Source of the DNA: Octopus bimaculoides
Lineage: Eukaryota
Direction of reading: 5' to 3'
Assembly: GCF_001194135.2 (NCBI RefSeq)
Contig: NC_068999.1
Coordinates: forward strand, 44,399,912-44,436,960
Length of the DNA stretch: 37,049 nucleotides
Numbering within the stretch: the stretch's first letter is position 1; every line of letters begins with the position of its first letter. Shown here one piece after another: positions 1-11,688 of this stretch. Both the position numbers and the translations under genes were made by a program. The notes under the pieces were generated by a model. The model was not told the origin of the DNA. It did not search any database and saw only the letters and a list, made by a program, of their open reading frames with translations.

Positions 1-1135
1 TATATACACATACTAGTGCATGCATATTTAAATATATGTACATGTGTGTCTGTTTGTGTATGTGTGTGTGTATATTTACTCATACAGACATACGCATACT
101 CGCATATTTAACCATGGTTCGTAAACCTAGTTATACATGAATATAACTAACACAAACACATGTGTGCATGTGTATGTATGCATGTGATTATGATCCTCCA
201 TGTTTGAATGCATTTCAGCACATATCTTTATATGTGTGTGGAAACACGAATCTTTAACTGAGTATTCATACATACATATGTATGTATGTATATATATATA
301 TATANNNNNNNNNNNNNNNNNNNNNNNNNNNNNNNNNNNNNNNNNNNNNNNNNNNNNNNNNNNNNNNNNNNNNNNNNNNNNNNNNNNNNNNNNNNNNNNN
401 NNNNNNNNNNNNNNNNNNNNNNNNNNNNNNNNNNNNNNNNNNNNNNNNNNNNNNNNNNNNNNNNNNNNNNNNNNNNNNNNNNNNNNNNNNNNNNNNNNNN
501 NNNNNNNNNNNNNNNNNNNNNNNNNNNNNNNNNNNNNNNNNNNNNNNNNNNNNNNNNNNNNNNNNNNNNNNNNNNNNNNNNNNNNNNNNNNNNNNNNNNN
601 NNNNNNNNNNNNNNNNNNNNNNNNNNNNNNNNNNNNNNNNNNNNNNNNNNNNNNNNNNNNNNNNNNNNNNNNNNNNNNNNNNNNNNNNNNNNNNNNNNNN
701 NNNNNNNNNNNNNNNNNNNNNNNNNNNNNNNNNNNNNNNNNNNNNNNNNNNNNNNNNNNNNNNNNNNNNNNNNNNNNNNNNNNNNNNNNNNNNNNNNNNN
801 NNNNNNNNNNNNNNNNNNNNNNNNNNNNNNNNNNNNNNNNNNNNNNNNNNNNNNNNNNNNNNNNNNNNNNNNNNNNNNNNNNNNNNNNNNNNNNNNNNNN
901 NNNNNNNNNNNNNNNNNNNNNNNNNNNNNNNNNNNNNNNNNNNNNNNNNNNNNNNNNNNNNNNNNNNNNNNNNNNNNNNNNNNNNNNNNNNNNNNNNNNN
1001 NNNNNNNNNNNNNNNNNNNNNNNNNNNNNNNNNNNNNNNNNNNNNNNNNNNNNNNNNNNNNNNNNNNNNNNNNNNNNNNNNNNNNNNNNNNNNNNNNNNN
1101 NNNNNNNNNNNNNNNNNNNNNNNNNNNNNNNNNNN

Positions 1136-1172
<37 letters not shown>

Positions 1173-1938
1173 TCTCTCTCTCTCTCTGTCGCTCTGAATG
1201 TGTGTGTGTATGTGTGACCGTGTGTGTCTAGCTATGACATCATGTCTCTCTCCTGTTCCTCTTCATCTTTCTGTCTCATGTACTCCCTCACTGTGTCTTA
1301 CTATTTCTCTCTCTCTCTCTTTCACTCTCTCTCTCTCTCTTTCTCTCTCACAAACTCACGCTTTCTCTAGTACTGTCGCTCACACACACACACACACGCA
1401 CTCACTCTCTTTATCTTTCTCACTCTTTCTCTTTCTTTCAGTCTTTTTTCCCCTCTCTTTCTCTCTCTCACTCTTATTCTTTCTTTGTCTCTGTGTCTAT
1501 CACCCCCCCACACACACACATACACCCACGAACACTGTGTTTCTCACGCACGCTCACACACGTTTCCACATTTCGCTCTTTCTCTCCCTCTTTCTCTAAT
1601 TTTCTCCCCCTCATTCTCTTTCTTGCAAGTAGGAATTCTTAATTAAAGAGGAATAAGGAAATGTGGATTGAGGCAAAGCCCGGTGAACTAGAATTAACAC
1701 TGGTAACTAAATTGAGATGTATGCCGCTTTGTTTTCGATGCCGCTAATTCTAAATATCGATAGAAAGCACATACACACAGAGACACACACACACACACAT
1801 ACACACAGAGACACACACACACACACATACACATACATACACACACACCGAATTAAGAAGTAAAACATGACAAAAACATAGTAATAAAATAACGAGACAA
1901 GTCAGAAAAATATATACACATATATATATATATATTAA

Positions 1939-2087
1939 GTAGGCGTGGTTGTGTGGTTGAGAATCTGGTTCCCAAACCATGTGGTGTTGGGTTTTGTCCA
2001 TCCTGCTGCGAGGCACCTTAACCAAGTAGCTACCACAAAAGTATTAGGCTGACCAAAGTCTTGTGGTTGAATTTGGTAGACTGAAAA
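1939..2087 (+). mobile_element. SINE family B (tRNA-derived), degenerate 5' part
   Basis: GTAGGCGTGGTTGTGTGGTTGAGAAT...CCATGTGG...GGCACCTTAACCAAGT...GACCAAAGTCTTGTGGTTGAATTTGGTAGAC aligns by eye with the family B copies at 7309 (-), 18637 (+) and 34492 (-). Confidence 0.7.
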
Positions 2088-2352
2088 TGCAAAATTGTCG
2101 TTAAGTCTAAAACGTTGTTTATTTTTTTCAGAAAACGAAAAAGTAGTTTCACCATTCCATAGCAAAACCGTTGTTCTACACTTTGACAATTTTTGATATC
2201 TTGGCATCCGAAGCAGCTGGAGAAACCAATAGTTTGAGCAAAAGAACCGGCTTTTGCACGCCAAAATAAATTTTGAAAAAAAAAAAAAGAAAAACGCATT
2301 TGGCCAAATTTGAATATACGGAAGTTTAACATAATAGCAACGATATATAATG

Positions 2353-2437
<85 letters not shown>

Positions 2438-2449
2438 TGATAATAATAA
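2353..2449. repeat. (AAT)n microsatellite
   Basis: About 30 near-perfect AAT units; source of the poly-I and poly-N ORFs. Confidence 0.98.
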
Positions 2450-4500
2450 GGGTACACGTGCTAATGTAACAAGTCTGTTTCATTTGTTGTCTATTTCTAG
2501 CATGTGACACTATTTATTAGTACCCTTATTATTATAATTGTATTTATATCATTATATATACTAGCATTAATTATTACCGATATGGTTTATTAGGTTCTTT
2601 TTGTTGTTAAATGATTCACGAGGAAAACACCGGGGCGGAGGTTGTTCTTCTCGATGTATTTTATCCGGGAATCGAAAACGCTTCGATTAATTTCCATCTC
2701 ACTTAGGAGGTTAGTAACGTTGTACAGCATTCATGCAGCCTGATTACATAAATACATTCATAGAGGAGTTTATGAATTGGATGGCAACTTCTGAATTATT
2801 GATGGAGCAGTTCATCATTGTTTGCGTGATAAATATTTACTGGCCTTACCTTTAGTTAGAAACCAATGAACCGTCGTTAAATTCACAATAATCTACGTTC
2901 TCTTTAAATTATTTCCTTTGTTCAATGAAGAAACACAAAACAAGAACAATATACTAAAACACACAAGACAATAAAAGATTTAGATCAATTCTAAAGATGG
3001 AATATTATTCCAGTCGTTGCAATGAGAGAAGTTGGAGCTTCAGCTTAAATTTATTCCCTTTCTGGTGTTAAGTTTGATAAGAAGAAGATAATTTTCTGTT
3101 GCTGAACTTAATTACATATTGTCAGGATAATTCCAAACAGCCTCTATTGAAATCTTAGATCTATAATAAATTGACCTTAAAAGACAATTTGTCTTCAACG
3201 TATTAGAAGCCAATATCATTGCTATTAATGATATGAACGCCGAGAACAGTGGATCATCGAGTAAAGTCATTTGTGTTATATAGCCATATATTCCAAGTTC
3301 TGTGTTCAAATACTACACGTTGCGCATTTAATCATTGAAAAATGAAGAACATTGGAATACGATGATTACTAAATGAACTTTATATATACAGTTTATATAC
3401 TTTATGCAACACCCTCCCTCTTTCTTTCTCACCCTTCGCCTTACCCTCTTTTTCTTTCGATGCTTGCCTTTAACTTTCAATTAAACACGTGAAAGGATTT
3501 ACAGACGAGCTATGTAGCAGAGGAAAACATCTTAGTTAAAATAAATTACACATTTCACTCACCACCACATTCGCCCCCTCCTCTACTTACCTACACTCCC
3601 TACCCTCTAACCCTACCCCTTCCTCCATCTCCCTTCAACTAATCAGGTGAAAGTGTTACAGACGGGCTAAGTAACGGAGAAACCAGCAGAATTATTAAAA
3701 GATTCTCTCTAGCAATACTTTCACCTCATCCAGAATGTAAACATACGTGTGCAAGAGTGACTTGGTGCTTTTAGGCGTTAGTGCATGTGCGTATGTCAGT
3801 ATGTTTACATAAAATTTGCAGTAGTAAGAGAAAAGTAAACATAATTTAATATTTTATCTAAATATAACTTTCAGCTACAAAGATATCTTCCTGGTTTTAC
3901 TGNNNNNNNNNNNNNNNNNNNNNNNNNNNNNNNNNNNNNNNNNNNNNNNNNNNNNNNNNNNNNNNNNNNNNNNNNNNNNNNNNNNNNNNNNNNNNNNNNN
4001 NNNNNNNNNNNNNNNNNNNNNNNNNNNNNNNNNNNNNNNNNNNNNNNNNNNNNNNNNNNNNNNNNNNNNNNNNNNNNNNNNNNNNNNNNNNNNNNNNNNN
4101 NNNNNNNNNNNNNNNNNNNNNNNNNNNNNNNNNNNNNNNNNNNNNNNNNNNNNNNNNNNNNNNNNNNNNNNNNNNNNNNNNNNNNNNNNNNNNNNNNNNN
4201 NNNNNNNNNNNNNNNNNNNNNNNNNNNNNNNNNNNNNNNNNNNNNNNNNNNNNNNNNNNNNNNNNNNNNNNNNNNNNNNNNNNNNNNNNNNNNNNNNNNN
4301 NNNNNNNNNNNNNNNNNNNNNNNNNNNNNNNNNNNNNNNNNNNNNNNNNNNNNNNNNNNNNNNNNNNNNNNNNNNNNNNNNNNNNNNNNNNNNNNNNNNN
4401 NNNNNNNNNNNNNNNNNNNNNNNNNNNNNNNNNNNNNNNNNNNNNNNNNNNNNNNNNNNNNNNNNNNNNNNNNNNNNNNNNNNNNNNNNNNNATATATAC

Positions 4501-4558
<58 letters not shown>

Positions 4559-5050
4559 GCGCGCACACATGTGTGTGTTAGTGTGCATGTGTGCATGCAT
4601 ATATATACATGTATACAATCATTGGTACACAGGTACATACGTACGTACATACATATTGATATGCAAGATAAGGTACAACTGAGTGCAGAAACCAAAGAAG
4701 GGCAAAAACCAAAACCAAAAACAAAAAAAAAAACCTAAAGAATGGAAGAGACACAGAGACAAAGGAAGAAAAAGCTAGAGAAAAATGGAGTAAAATATAC
4801 ACACAGAGCACACAAAACAACACAGAGCAACACGTCACAACACACACAATAATCGAGACTGCCAGCCATTTTATTATATTTACTCTTACGTTACAGTACA
4901 TTTATGAATAATAAAACATGTATGCAATAAAGTATAATAGATCGACCCCACAGTCACTGATATATCTTCAAGACATTTATTTTAAAAAAGATATTATTCT
5001 ATACAACACCGCTTCTATGGTTAAGCTAAAATCTTTGAAGTATGATTCTC

Positions 5051-5155
<105 letters not shown>

Positions 5156-5349
5156 TTGTTTTTTGTATCTTTAGTTCGTTTTCATTTGTTGTTGTTGTTG
5201 TTGTTGTTGCTGTTTTTTTCTGTTTTTGTTGTCATTAATGGAGTTATCGCATTTCCGTTCTCGTCGGCTTTTTACTTTTACCTATCGGTACAAAAGATGT
5301 GATTTTGATAATATATGTTATTGGTGTACTTCAGTAAGGCAGCTACACA

Positions 5350-5627
5350 AGAAATACATACATACATACATACATACATACATACATTCAAACATACATA
5401 CAAGCACACAAACATACATGCGTACATACATGCATGTATACATACATGCATACGTACATACGTGCATGAGTTCAAACATTCATACACATACATAAATGTG
5501 TATGTACATACATAGGTAGTCACACAAACACACACACATATATATACATGTAAGTCTATCTGTATATATACATGTATATGTGTGGGTTTCCATATATTCG
5601 TATTCATATATGCATAAATTCATACGC

Positions 5628-5662
<35 letters not shown>

Positions 5663-5805
5663 TGTATGTATGTATGTATGTGTGTATGTATATATGCATG
5701 TGTATCTATCATCTGTATCTATGCATGTGTATGCATGTGTATCTATCAATCCATATATATCCACATATATATATATATAAAATATGATACATATATATAT
5801 GCATG

Positions 5806-5875
<70 letters not shown>
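5350..5875. repeat. Compound (CATA)n / (TATG)n / (TA)n / (TG)n microsatellite field
   Basis: Tetra- and dinucleotide tracts read directly from the sequence; source of the HTYI and MYVC ORFs. Confidence 0.95.
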
Positions 5876-5877
<2 letters not shown>

Positions 5878-6118
5878 TACGCAGTGAATTCACGCTTCTT
5901 ACTGGTTAGCGTGCAGGGTTCACGATAATGCGTTTGTGCGCTCCATATCTATGGCCGCCGACTGGGGTAGACGTTTCGAGCATGGCTCTTCGTTGGAAAG
6001 AAGAAAAGAAGGAAGAAGCAGATGATCCGGAGAAAAGGGCTTGTGTCGTTATATGTATGACGTGGTAGGTATGTAGATGGGTAGGGAGAGAGGTAGGTAG
6101 TAATTCTTCTCTGTACAG

Positions 6119-6139
6119 CTCCATGTACGGCTGCTACAA
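6119..6139 (+). other. Candidate 21-nt micro-exon
   Basis: taattcttctctgtacAG|CTCCATGTACGGCTGCTACAA|GTgagt. Pyrimidine tract plus CAG acceptor, GTGAGT donor, length 3n, open in all three frames. Confidence 0.3.
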
Positions 6140-6185
6140 GTGAGTTTAGCGCTCCATGTTGAATACTATCTTCCAGCCTGCTTCC

Positions 6186-6186
<1 letters not shown>

Positions 6187-6229
<43 letters not shown>

Positions 6230-6235
6230 GGATAA

Positions 6236-6297
<62 letters not shown>
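6187..6297. repeat. (GATA)n microsatellite
   Basis: About 27 GATA units with one interruption. Confidence 0.98.
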
Positions 6298-7308
6298 GTG
6301 AATATGTATATAGACGTATATGCTTAGATTTGTGCATACATGGATTTCTAAATACAATCGTGTTTATTGTTAGAGAATGGCTGCCTCGTAGATATGAACG
6401 TATATTTCAAAATTAGCAAGAAAGGAGGTATCTTTGAAAAATTGCTTTAAGGCCTGCAGCTCCTCTATGCTTATTATAGGTTCGCAGTGAATCGACAATC
6501 AATGATGCACCTAGGAATGTTAGTAAATATTTAAATGAGGATCCAGAACTTTTCAGAAATTTGATATTCAAATTTATGCGTTGTCTCTCCTGTTGCTTTG
6601 TTATAAACAACTTCATTCAGTCAGAAATTAATCTAATATATAAAAAAAAGTGAAGCGCTATTTAAAGGCATGTATGTACGTATATTTATATTTAGTTGTA
6701 TATTACGGAGACAGGGGTTATCTTGGGAGTGAAATAATTACGTCCTGGAGAAATTCATTTAACCTTTGCAAAAACATGAAGATACTGTTCTGTTCACAGC
6801 CCTTTGGTAATTTTTGCGTACAGACTCTTGTGACATGCCAAAAGATTTTTGCCACACACAATAGCACATGCACGCACACACAAACACACATAGACAGGCA
6901 CATATTCACACACTGATTTGCAAAATGATCACTGATAGAGTCCCACTAAATCTGTTGCAAATCTGTCATTGGTCAGTTTTCATCCTACGAATAAATATTT
7001 GCATCGGAATCTCAGCCTTTAACCTCCCATCTTTAATGTCATTTCTAAGCTCTCTTCGTTTCTTCGAATTTTAGCTTAAAATATACATTATTTAAATTTC
7101 GCAGCCATTTTGTATGCTGTAAAAACATTTTATAAGCGAACTAGAACGTAATTCCACTAAACATACATACAAAGAATATGGCCGCAGTCAAATAGCTGAA
7201 ACCAGTGATAGAATATACATATATATAATACAAATAATATACATATGCATATATATATATTATTTATATTATTTATATGTGTGTGTGTGTGTGTGTGTAT
7301 ATGCACAC

Positions 7309-7468
7309 ATACGACAAGCTTCTTTCAGTGTCCGTCTACAACATCCACAAGGACTTACTCGGCCCAGGGCTATAGCTCAAGGCACCTGCCCGAGGATTCA
7401 CGCAGTGGGACTGAACGCGGAACCATGTAGTAAGGAAGGATACCACTTCCCACACTATATAACTATAC
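7309..7468 (-). mobile_element. SINE family B, 5' part
   Basis: Reverse complement contains CATGGTTCCGCGTTCAGTCCCACTGCGTG (B-box-like) ...GGGCAGGTGCCTT...GGGCCGAGTAAGTCCTTGTGGATGTTGTAGACGGACACTGAAAGAAGCTTGTCGTAT, matching the copy at 18637. Confidence 0.8.
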
Positions 7469-7485
7469 GCATAAACACACATAAT

Positions 7486-7563
<78 letters not shown>

Positions 7564-8129
7564 AATGTATATAAGTACGCATATAATTGTGTTTGTATAC
7601 ACGCAGGGATGCATAGTCATTTGCCAAAAAAACATGCAAATTTAAGTGTGCGTGTTTGTGCGTATACATACATATAAATACATAGAGAAGCACGCGTGCG
7701 CGCACACACATAGCTCCCCACATACATACATATGTATACATACACATATTCAATATATGCATATAAATATCTTTAAGAATGGATGTGTGAATATGTGTGT
7801 ACACATATATGTATGCACACCTTTGTATTCGTATATATATNNNNNNNNNNNNNNNNNNNNNNNNNNNNNNNNNNNNNNNNNNNNNNNNNNNNNNNNNNNN
7901 NNNNNNNNNNNNNNNNNNNNNNNNNNNNNNNNNNNNNNNNNNNNNNNNTGTATGTATGTATGTATGTATGTGTGGGAGTATATATGTGAATATGTATATG
8001 ACTATGGTTGGCATTGTGTCTGTTACTGTCGGTTGTGTGTGTGTGTGTGTGTATGCGCACGACTGTGTGCGTGCGAGTGCATTCTTCTATCATGTGCATT
8101 ATTTTCTGTTTTACTTGTTGTCTCCATAG

Positions 8130-8177
8130 TCTTCCAATGCAACGATCTTCATTAAGAAGGAATATTTTTACCTTCAG
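8130..8177 (+). other. Candidate 48-nt internal exon
   Basis: attttctgttttacttgttgtctccatAG|TCTTCC...CCTTCAG|GTaaga. Long pyrimidine tract, strong donor, length 3n. Open as SSNATIFIKKEYFYLQ (phase 0) or LPMQRSSLRRNIFTF (phase 2). No homology recognised. Confidence 0.35.
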
Positions 8178-8501
8178 GTAAGAACCTCTTCTTAGCTTCA
8201 TCTTCGCAAATGATCTGATAAAATTCCTCGGTTCTATTTCCAAAGTTCTTTATTTCCTCTGCCTTTAATTTATATTTCTGCTCACATTTGATTTTATTAT
8301 TATTTTCCTTTTCACTGCTCTCTTTTTATTTTATCTTATTTTGTTTTATTTCATTTTTAGTTTATTTATTTTTCATTTTTTTACTGGCGAAGAGACAACT
8401 ACGCACGCGCATTCGTATACATTTTCAAATACGCGCACACTTGCACACGGTCATATACATATATGTATATGTATGTATATTTATATATATATATATATAT
8501 A

Positions 8502-8538
<37 letters not shown>

Positions 8539-8939
8539 TTATATATATATATATCGACATATATTCATATGTATGTATATGTACGTATATATATATATGT
8601 GTGTGTGTGTATATTTATATATATCGACATATATTCATATGTATGTATATGTACGTATATATATATATATATGTGTGTGTATATACTTATCTGTACACTT
8701 GTACACTCGGTTGTATATGTTATATATTTTTCGTGATGTTTCCTTGTCTTACACTGTTTATTTTATATCATTTATATTAGTGTTTTTTTACATATATATA
8801 TTAGCCTCCGTTTATTATTTCTCCTTTGATATATATCAATATCTATATGTATATATGTATATATATACATATATATATGCACCCCCCCCCCACACACACA
8901 CACGCTCACAATATTATATTTATATACACATAAATGCAT

Positions 8940-8972
<33 letters not shown>

Positions 8973-9344
8973 CACAAACTCGCACACACACAGACACACA
9001 CAGACACACACAGACACACAAACACAGAGACTCTGACACACATACAGACACACACATATTCATTTGCTATGGTGGATGTATATTTCTCATTTGTCATGCT
9101 GTCTCTGAGCCTTCGTTTCCATGCATTGTAGGTTCTCGCCTCGACCTTATTACACCTTAACTCACACTGCCTTAACCCACGCCCCCTACTCCCACCCCCA
9201 CCTATCCGATCCAGTGGAATATTCAATATGGAAAGAATCCCCTTACAATGATGGACGTTGATGTCAATGATGGTGATGTTGATGATATTGACGCCGAATT
9301 TTCTCCTAGTTAACTTTGAAGACCATGATCCACATAATCATCAC

Positions 9345-9403
9345 AAACGTTGTCATCTTCATCACCATCATCCTCACCAACACCACCACCCTCATCGTCA
9401 TCA

Positions 9404-9434
<31 letters not shown>

Positions 9435-9733
9435 CATCATCACCACCACCATCATCATCATCATCATCATCATCATCACCACAACCACCACCACCACCAA
9501 CACCACCATCATCATCATCACCATCACCATCATCATCATCCCCTTCCTCCTCCTCTTCATCATCATCATCATTAGTATCATNNNNNNNNNNCATCATCAC
9601 CACCACCATCATCATCATCATCATCATCATCATCACCACAACCACCACCACCACCAACACCACCATCATCATCATCACCATCACCATCATCATCATCCCC
9701 TTCCTCCTCCTCTTCATCATCATCATCATTAGT

Positions 9734-9767
<34 letters not shown>

Positions 9768-9940
9768 CCGTCACCAATAACTACATTTTCATCTTCGTCG
9801 TGATCATAATCGTCATCGTTATGGTCGTCATCGACCTCTTCCCCCTCCTCCTCCTTCCCCTTATGTTCTTCCTCCTACTCATCCTTATCATCGTCAGCAT
9901 CGCCATCATCATCATCGTCATCATCATTATCATCACCAAT
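9345..9940. repeat. (CAT/CAC)n compound microsatellite containing an assembly-duplicated block around a 10-N gap
   Basis: CAT/CAC triplet arrays. The block ending ...CCCCTTCCTCCTCCTCTTCATCATCATCATCATTAGTATCAT appears on both sides of the gap at 9582-9591. Confidence 0.95.
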
Positions 9941-10119
9941 ATGTCGTGTAGGATGGCTGGTGCAAAAATAAATATAAAACTGAAATTCAAATTGCCTTGT
10001 AGGAGTAGAAGTAGGAGGAAGTGGAGGAGGAGGAAGAGGAGGAAGGGGAGAAAATGCGTGAAGCCGTGTAGGAATAAATTGAAATGGATGAGGAGAAAAC
10101 TAGAAGGAAATAGTAGGAC

Positions 10120-10460
10120 CGTTGAGTGGAGGGAGTAGTAATACGTGTAGAAGTAAGAGGAGGGGGAGGAGGTGAGTGTTGGGTTAGGAGGAGTATGTAA
10201 TGTGCGGGAGAGGGAGGGAAAGAGAGAGAGTGAGAGAGAGAGAGAGAAGAAATAGGAAGATGAGCACTGAAGTGGGAGGAAGGTAAGGACTCTGAGCATG
10301 AGTAGGAGGAGGAGGGAGAGGCAAGCAGTTCAGTGAGGTGGGAGGAGAGGAAGGGTGGTGACCAGAAGTGGGAGGATACTGAGGGAGGAGGTGAGGAGGT
10401 GAAGACGAGATTGAAAAAGGTAGGAGTGAGAGAAAGAGATAGAGAGAGAGAGAGAGGAAT
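10120..10460. repeat. Polypurine (GA/GGA-rich) low-complexity tract
   Basis: Strongly G/A-rich with GGA and GA runs. Confidence 0.8.
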
Positions 10461-10532
10461 GCTAGAATAAGAGGAGGAAGAATTTCGAGAAAGAACCGGT
10501 TAAAATTTTGGTTAAACCTGGGAAGATAAGGT

Positions 10533-10534
<2 letters not shown>

Positions 10535-10589
<55 letters not shown>

Positions 10590-10775
10590 ATATTAGTAGA
10601 AGCAGTAGTGATAGTATCCGTGATGGTGGTGGCAGTGGTGGTCGTAGTATTAGTAGAGTTGGCTATGGTGGTGATAGTAGTAGTAATACTAGTAATGGTG
10701 GTGGTGATGGTGGTAATAGTAGTAGTAGTAGTAGTAATAGTAGTAGTAGTAGTAGCATTAGTAGTTGTAGTAGTA
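10535..10775. repeat. (TAG)n microsatellite decaying into a GTA/GTG-rich tract
   Basis: Pure TAG run at 10535-10587, then degenerate triplets; source of the poly-V ORF. Confidence 0.95.
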
Positions 10776-10895
10776 TATTTTCAAATGCTTAAAATAAATT
10801 ATCATTTGAGCTGCGAGTGCTGTAGCTATGTTCTTGTAACAACGCTGTCCGATTCGTAAAGTCATCTCGATCTGAACACCTTCTCCTCGACTTAC

Positions 10896-11071
10896 GACCG
10901 ATTTCCTTTCCGACTGACAGGCCGTAATTTGATCTGGTCGTATGTCGGATTTATATTTTTCGACACTCATTTCATTGAAATACAACTGAGACAATGGCAG
11001 GCAGTGGGATGCCTGAGTCTGTGGGGAGAGGCCTGCGTTGCCAGATGCTGCCATACTTATCGTATGCGTAG
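10896..11071 (-). CDS. Candidate coding exon of an unidentified gene (..THTISMAASGNAGLSPQTQASHCLPLSQLYFNEMSVEKYKSDIRPDQITACQSERKSV)
   Basis: Non-repetitive, CpG-rich island inside a frame open for about 110 codons. Acceptor-like ttttggactttgggcAG at 11072, ATG in A(-3)/G(+4) context at 11054, and an in-frame phase-0 GTC|GTAAGT donor at 10896/10895. The other two minus frames hit stops. Product not recognised. Confidence 0.3.
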
Positions 11072-11125
11072 CTGCCCAAAGTCCAAAAATCGATTTTTAT
11101 TTATTTATTTATCTAATTATTTATG

Positions 11126-11180
11126 GTGGTGCTCCAGCATGGCTGCAGGTAAATGGCTGAATCAAGTGAAAGATTAAAAG
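11126..11180 (+). mobile_element. SINE family B 3' tail remnant
   Basis: GGTGGTGCTCCAGCATGGCTGCAGGTAAATGGCTGAATCAAGTGAAAGA matches the tail GGCGGTGCTCAAGCATGGCCGCAGTCAAATGACTGAAACAAGTAAAAGA at 18941-18989. Confidence 0.7.
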
Positions 11181-11653
11181 AGGAAAAGAATATATGCATG
11201 TAAATTTGGTTGATGTTTCTGGATTCCCAGACGAAACCACCCAAAAACATATTTTATTCATCTCAACAACGTATTGAATATTTTGTCTTTCAATAGTCAA
11301 CTCTGCATGAATATATATATATATATNNNNNNNNNNNNNNNNNNNNNNNNNNNNNNNNNNNNNNNNNNNNNNNNNNNNNNNNNNNNNNNNNNNNNNNNNN
11401 NNNNNNNNNNNNNNNNNNNNNNNNNNNNNNNNNNNNNNNNNNNNNNNNNNNNNNNNNNNNNNNNNNNNNNNNNNNNNNNNNNNNNNNNNNNNNNNNNNNN
11501 NNNNNNNNNNNNNNNNNNNNNNNNNNNNNNNNNNNNNNNNNNNNNNNNNNNNNNNNNNNNNNNNNNNNNNNNNNNNNNNNNNNNNNNNNNNNNNNNNNNN
11601 NNNNNNNNNNNNNNNNNNNNNNNNNNNNNNNNNNNNNNNNNNNNNNNNNNNNN

Positions 11654-11688
<35 letters not shown>

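Noticed and set aside
2122-2294. AATAAA (2265) followed by A13GA5, suggesting a processed pseudogene tail
   Set aside because: The signal is only 5 nt from the A-run, upstream frames are closed by stops, and no TSD or recognisable parent gene is visible.
3112-3312. 65-aa minus-strand ORF with a hydrophobic stretch
   Set aside because: Non-ATG start, bounded by stops, poor splice signals and no recognisable motif; within chance for this window.
8535-8675. ~75-bp tandem duplication (ATATCGACATATATTCATATGTATGTATATGTACG x2)
   Set aside because: Slippage within a TA/TG microsatellite field; not repeat-spacer (CRISPR-like) structure.
9441-9738. Apparent 140-bp tandem duplication
   Set aside because: The identical copies sit on either side of a 10-N gap, the signature of unmerged overlapping contig ends.
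9258-10138. Poly-His, poly-Ser, poly-Ile and poly-Asp ORFs resembling a His-rich metal-binding protein
   Set aside because: Pure (CAT/CAC)n microsatellite that is open in several frames on both strands, with no unique coding sequence or splice structure. The same applies to all poly-I/N/L/Y/V and HT/CV/YI ORFs in the window.
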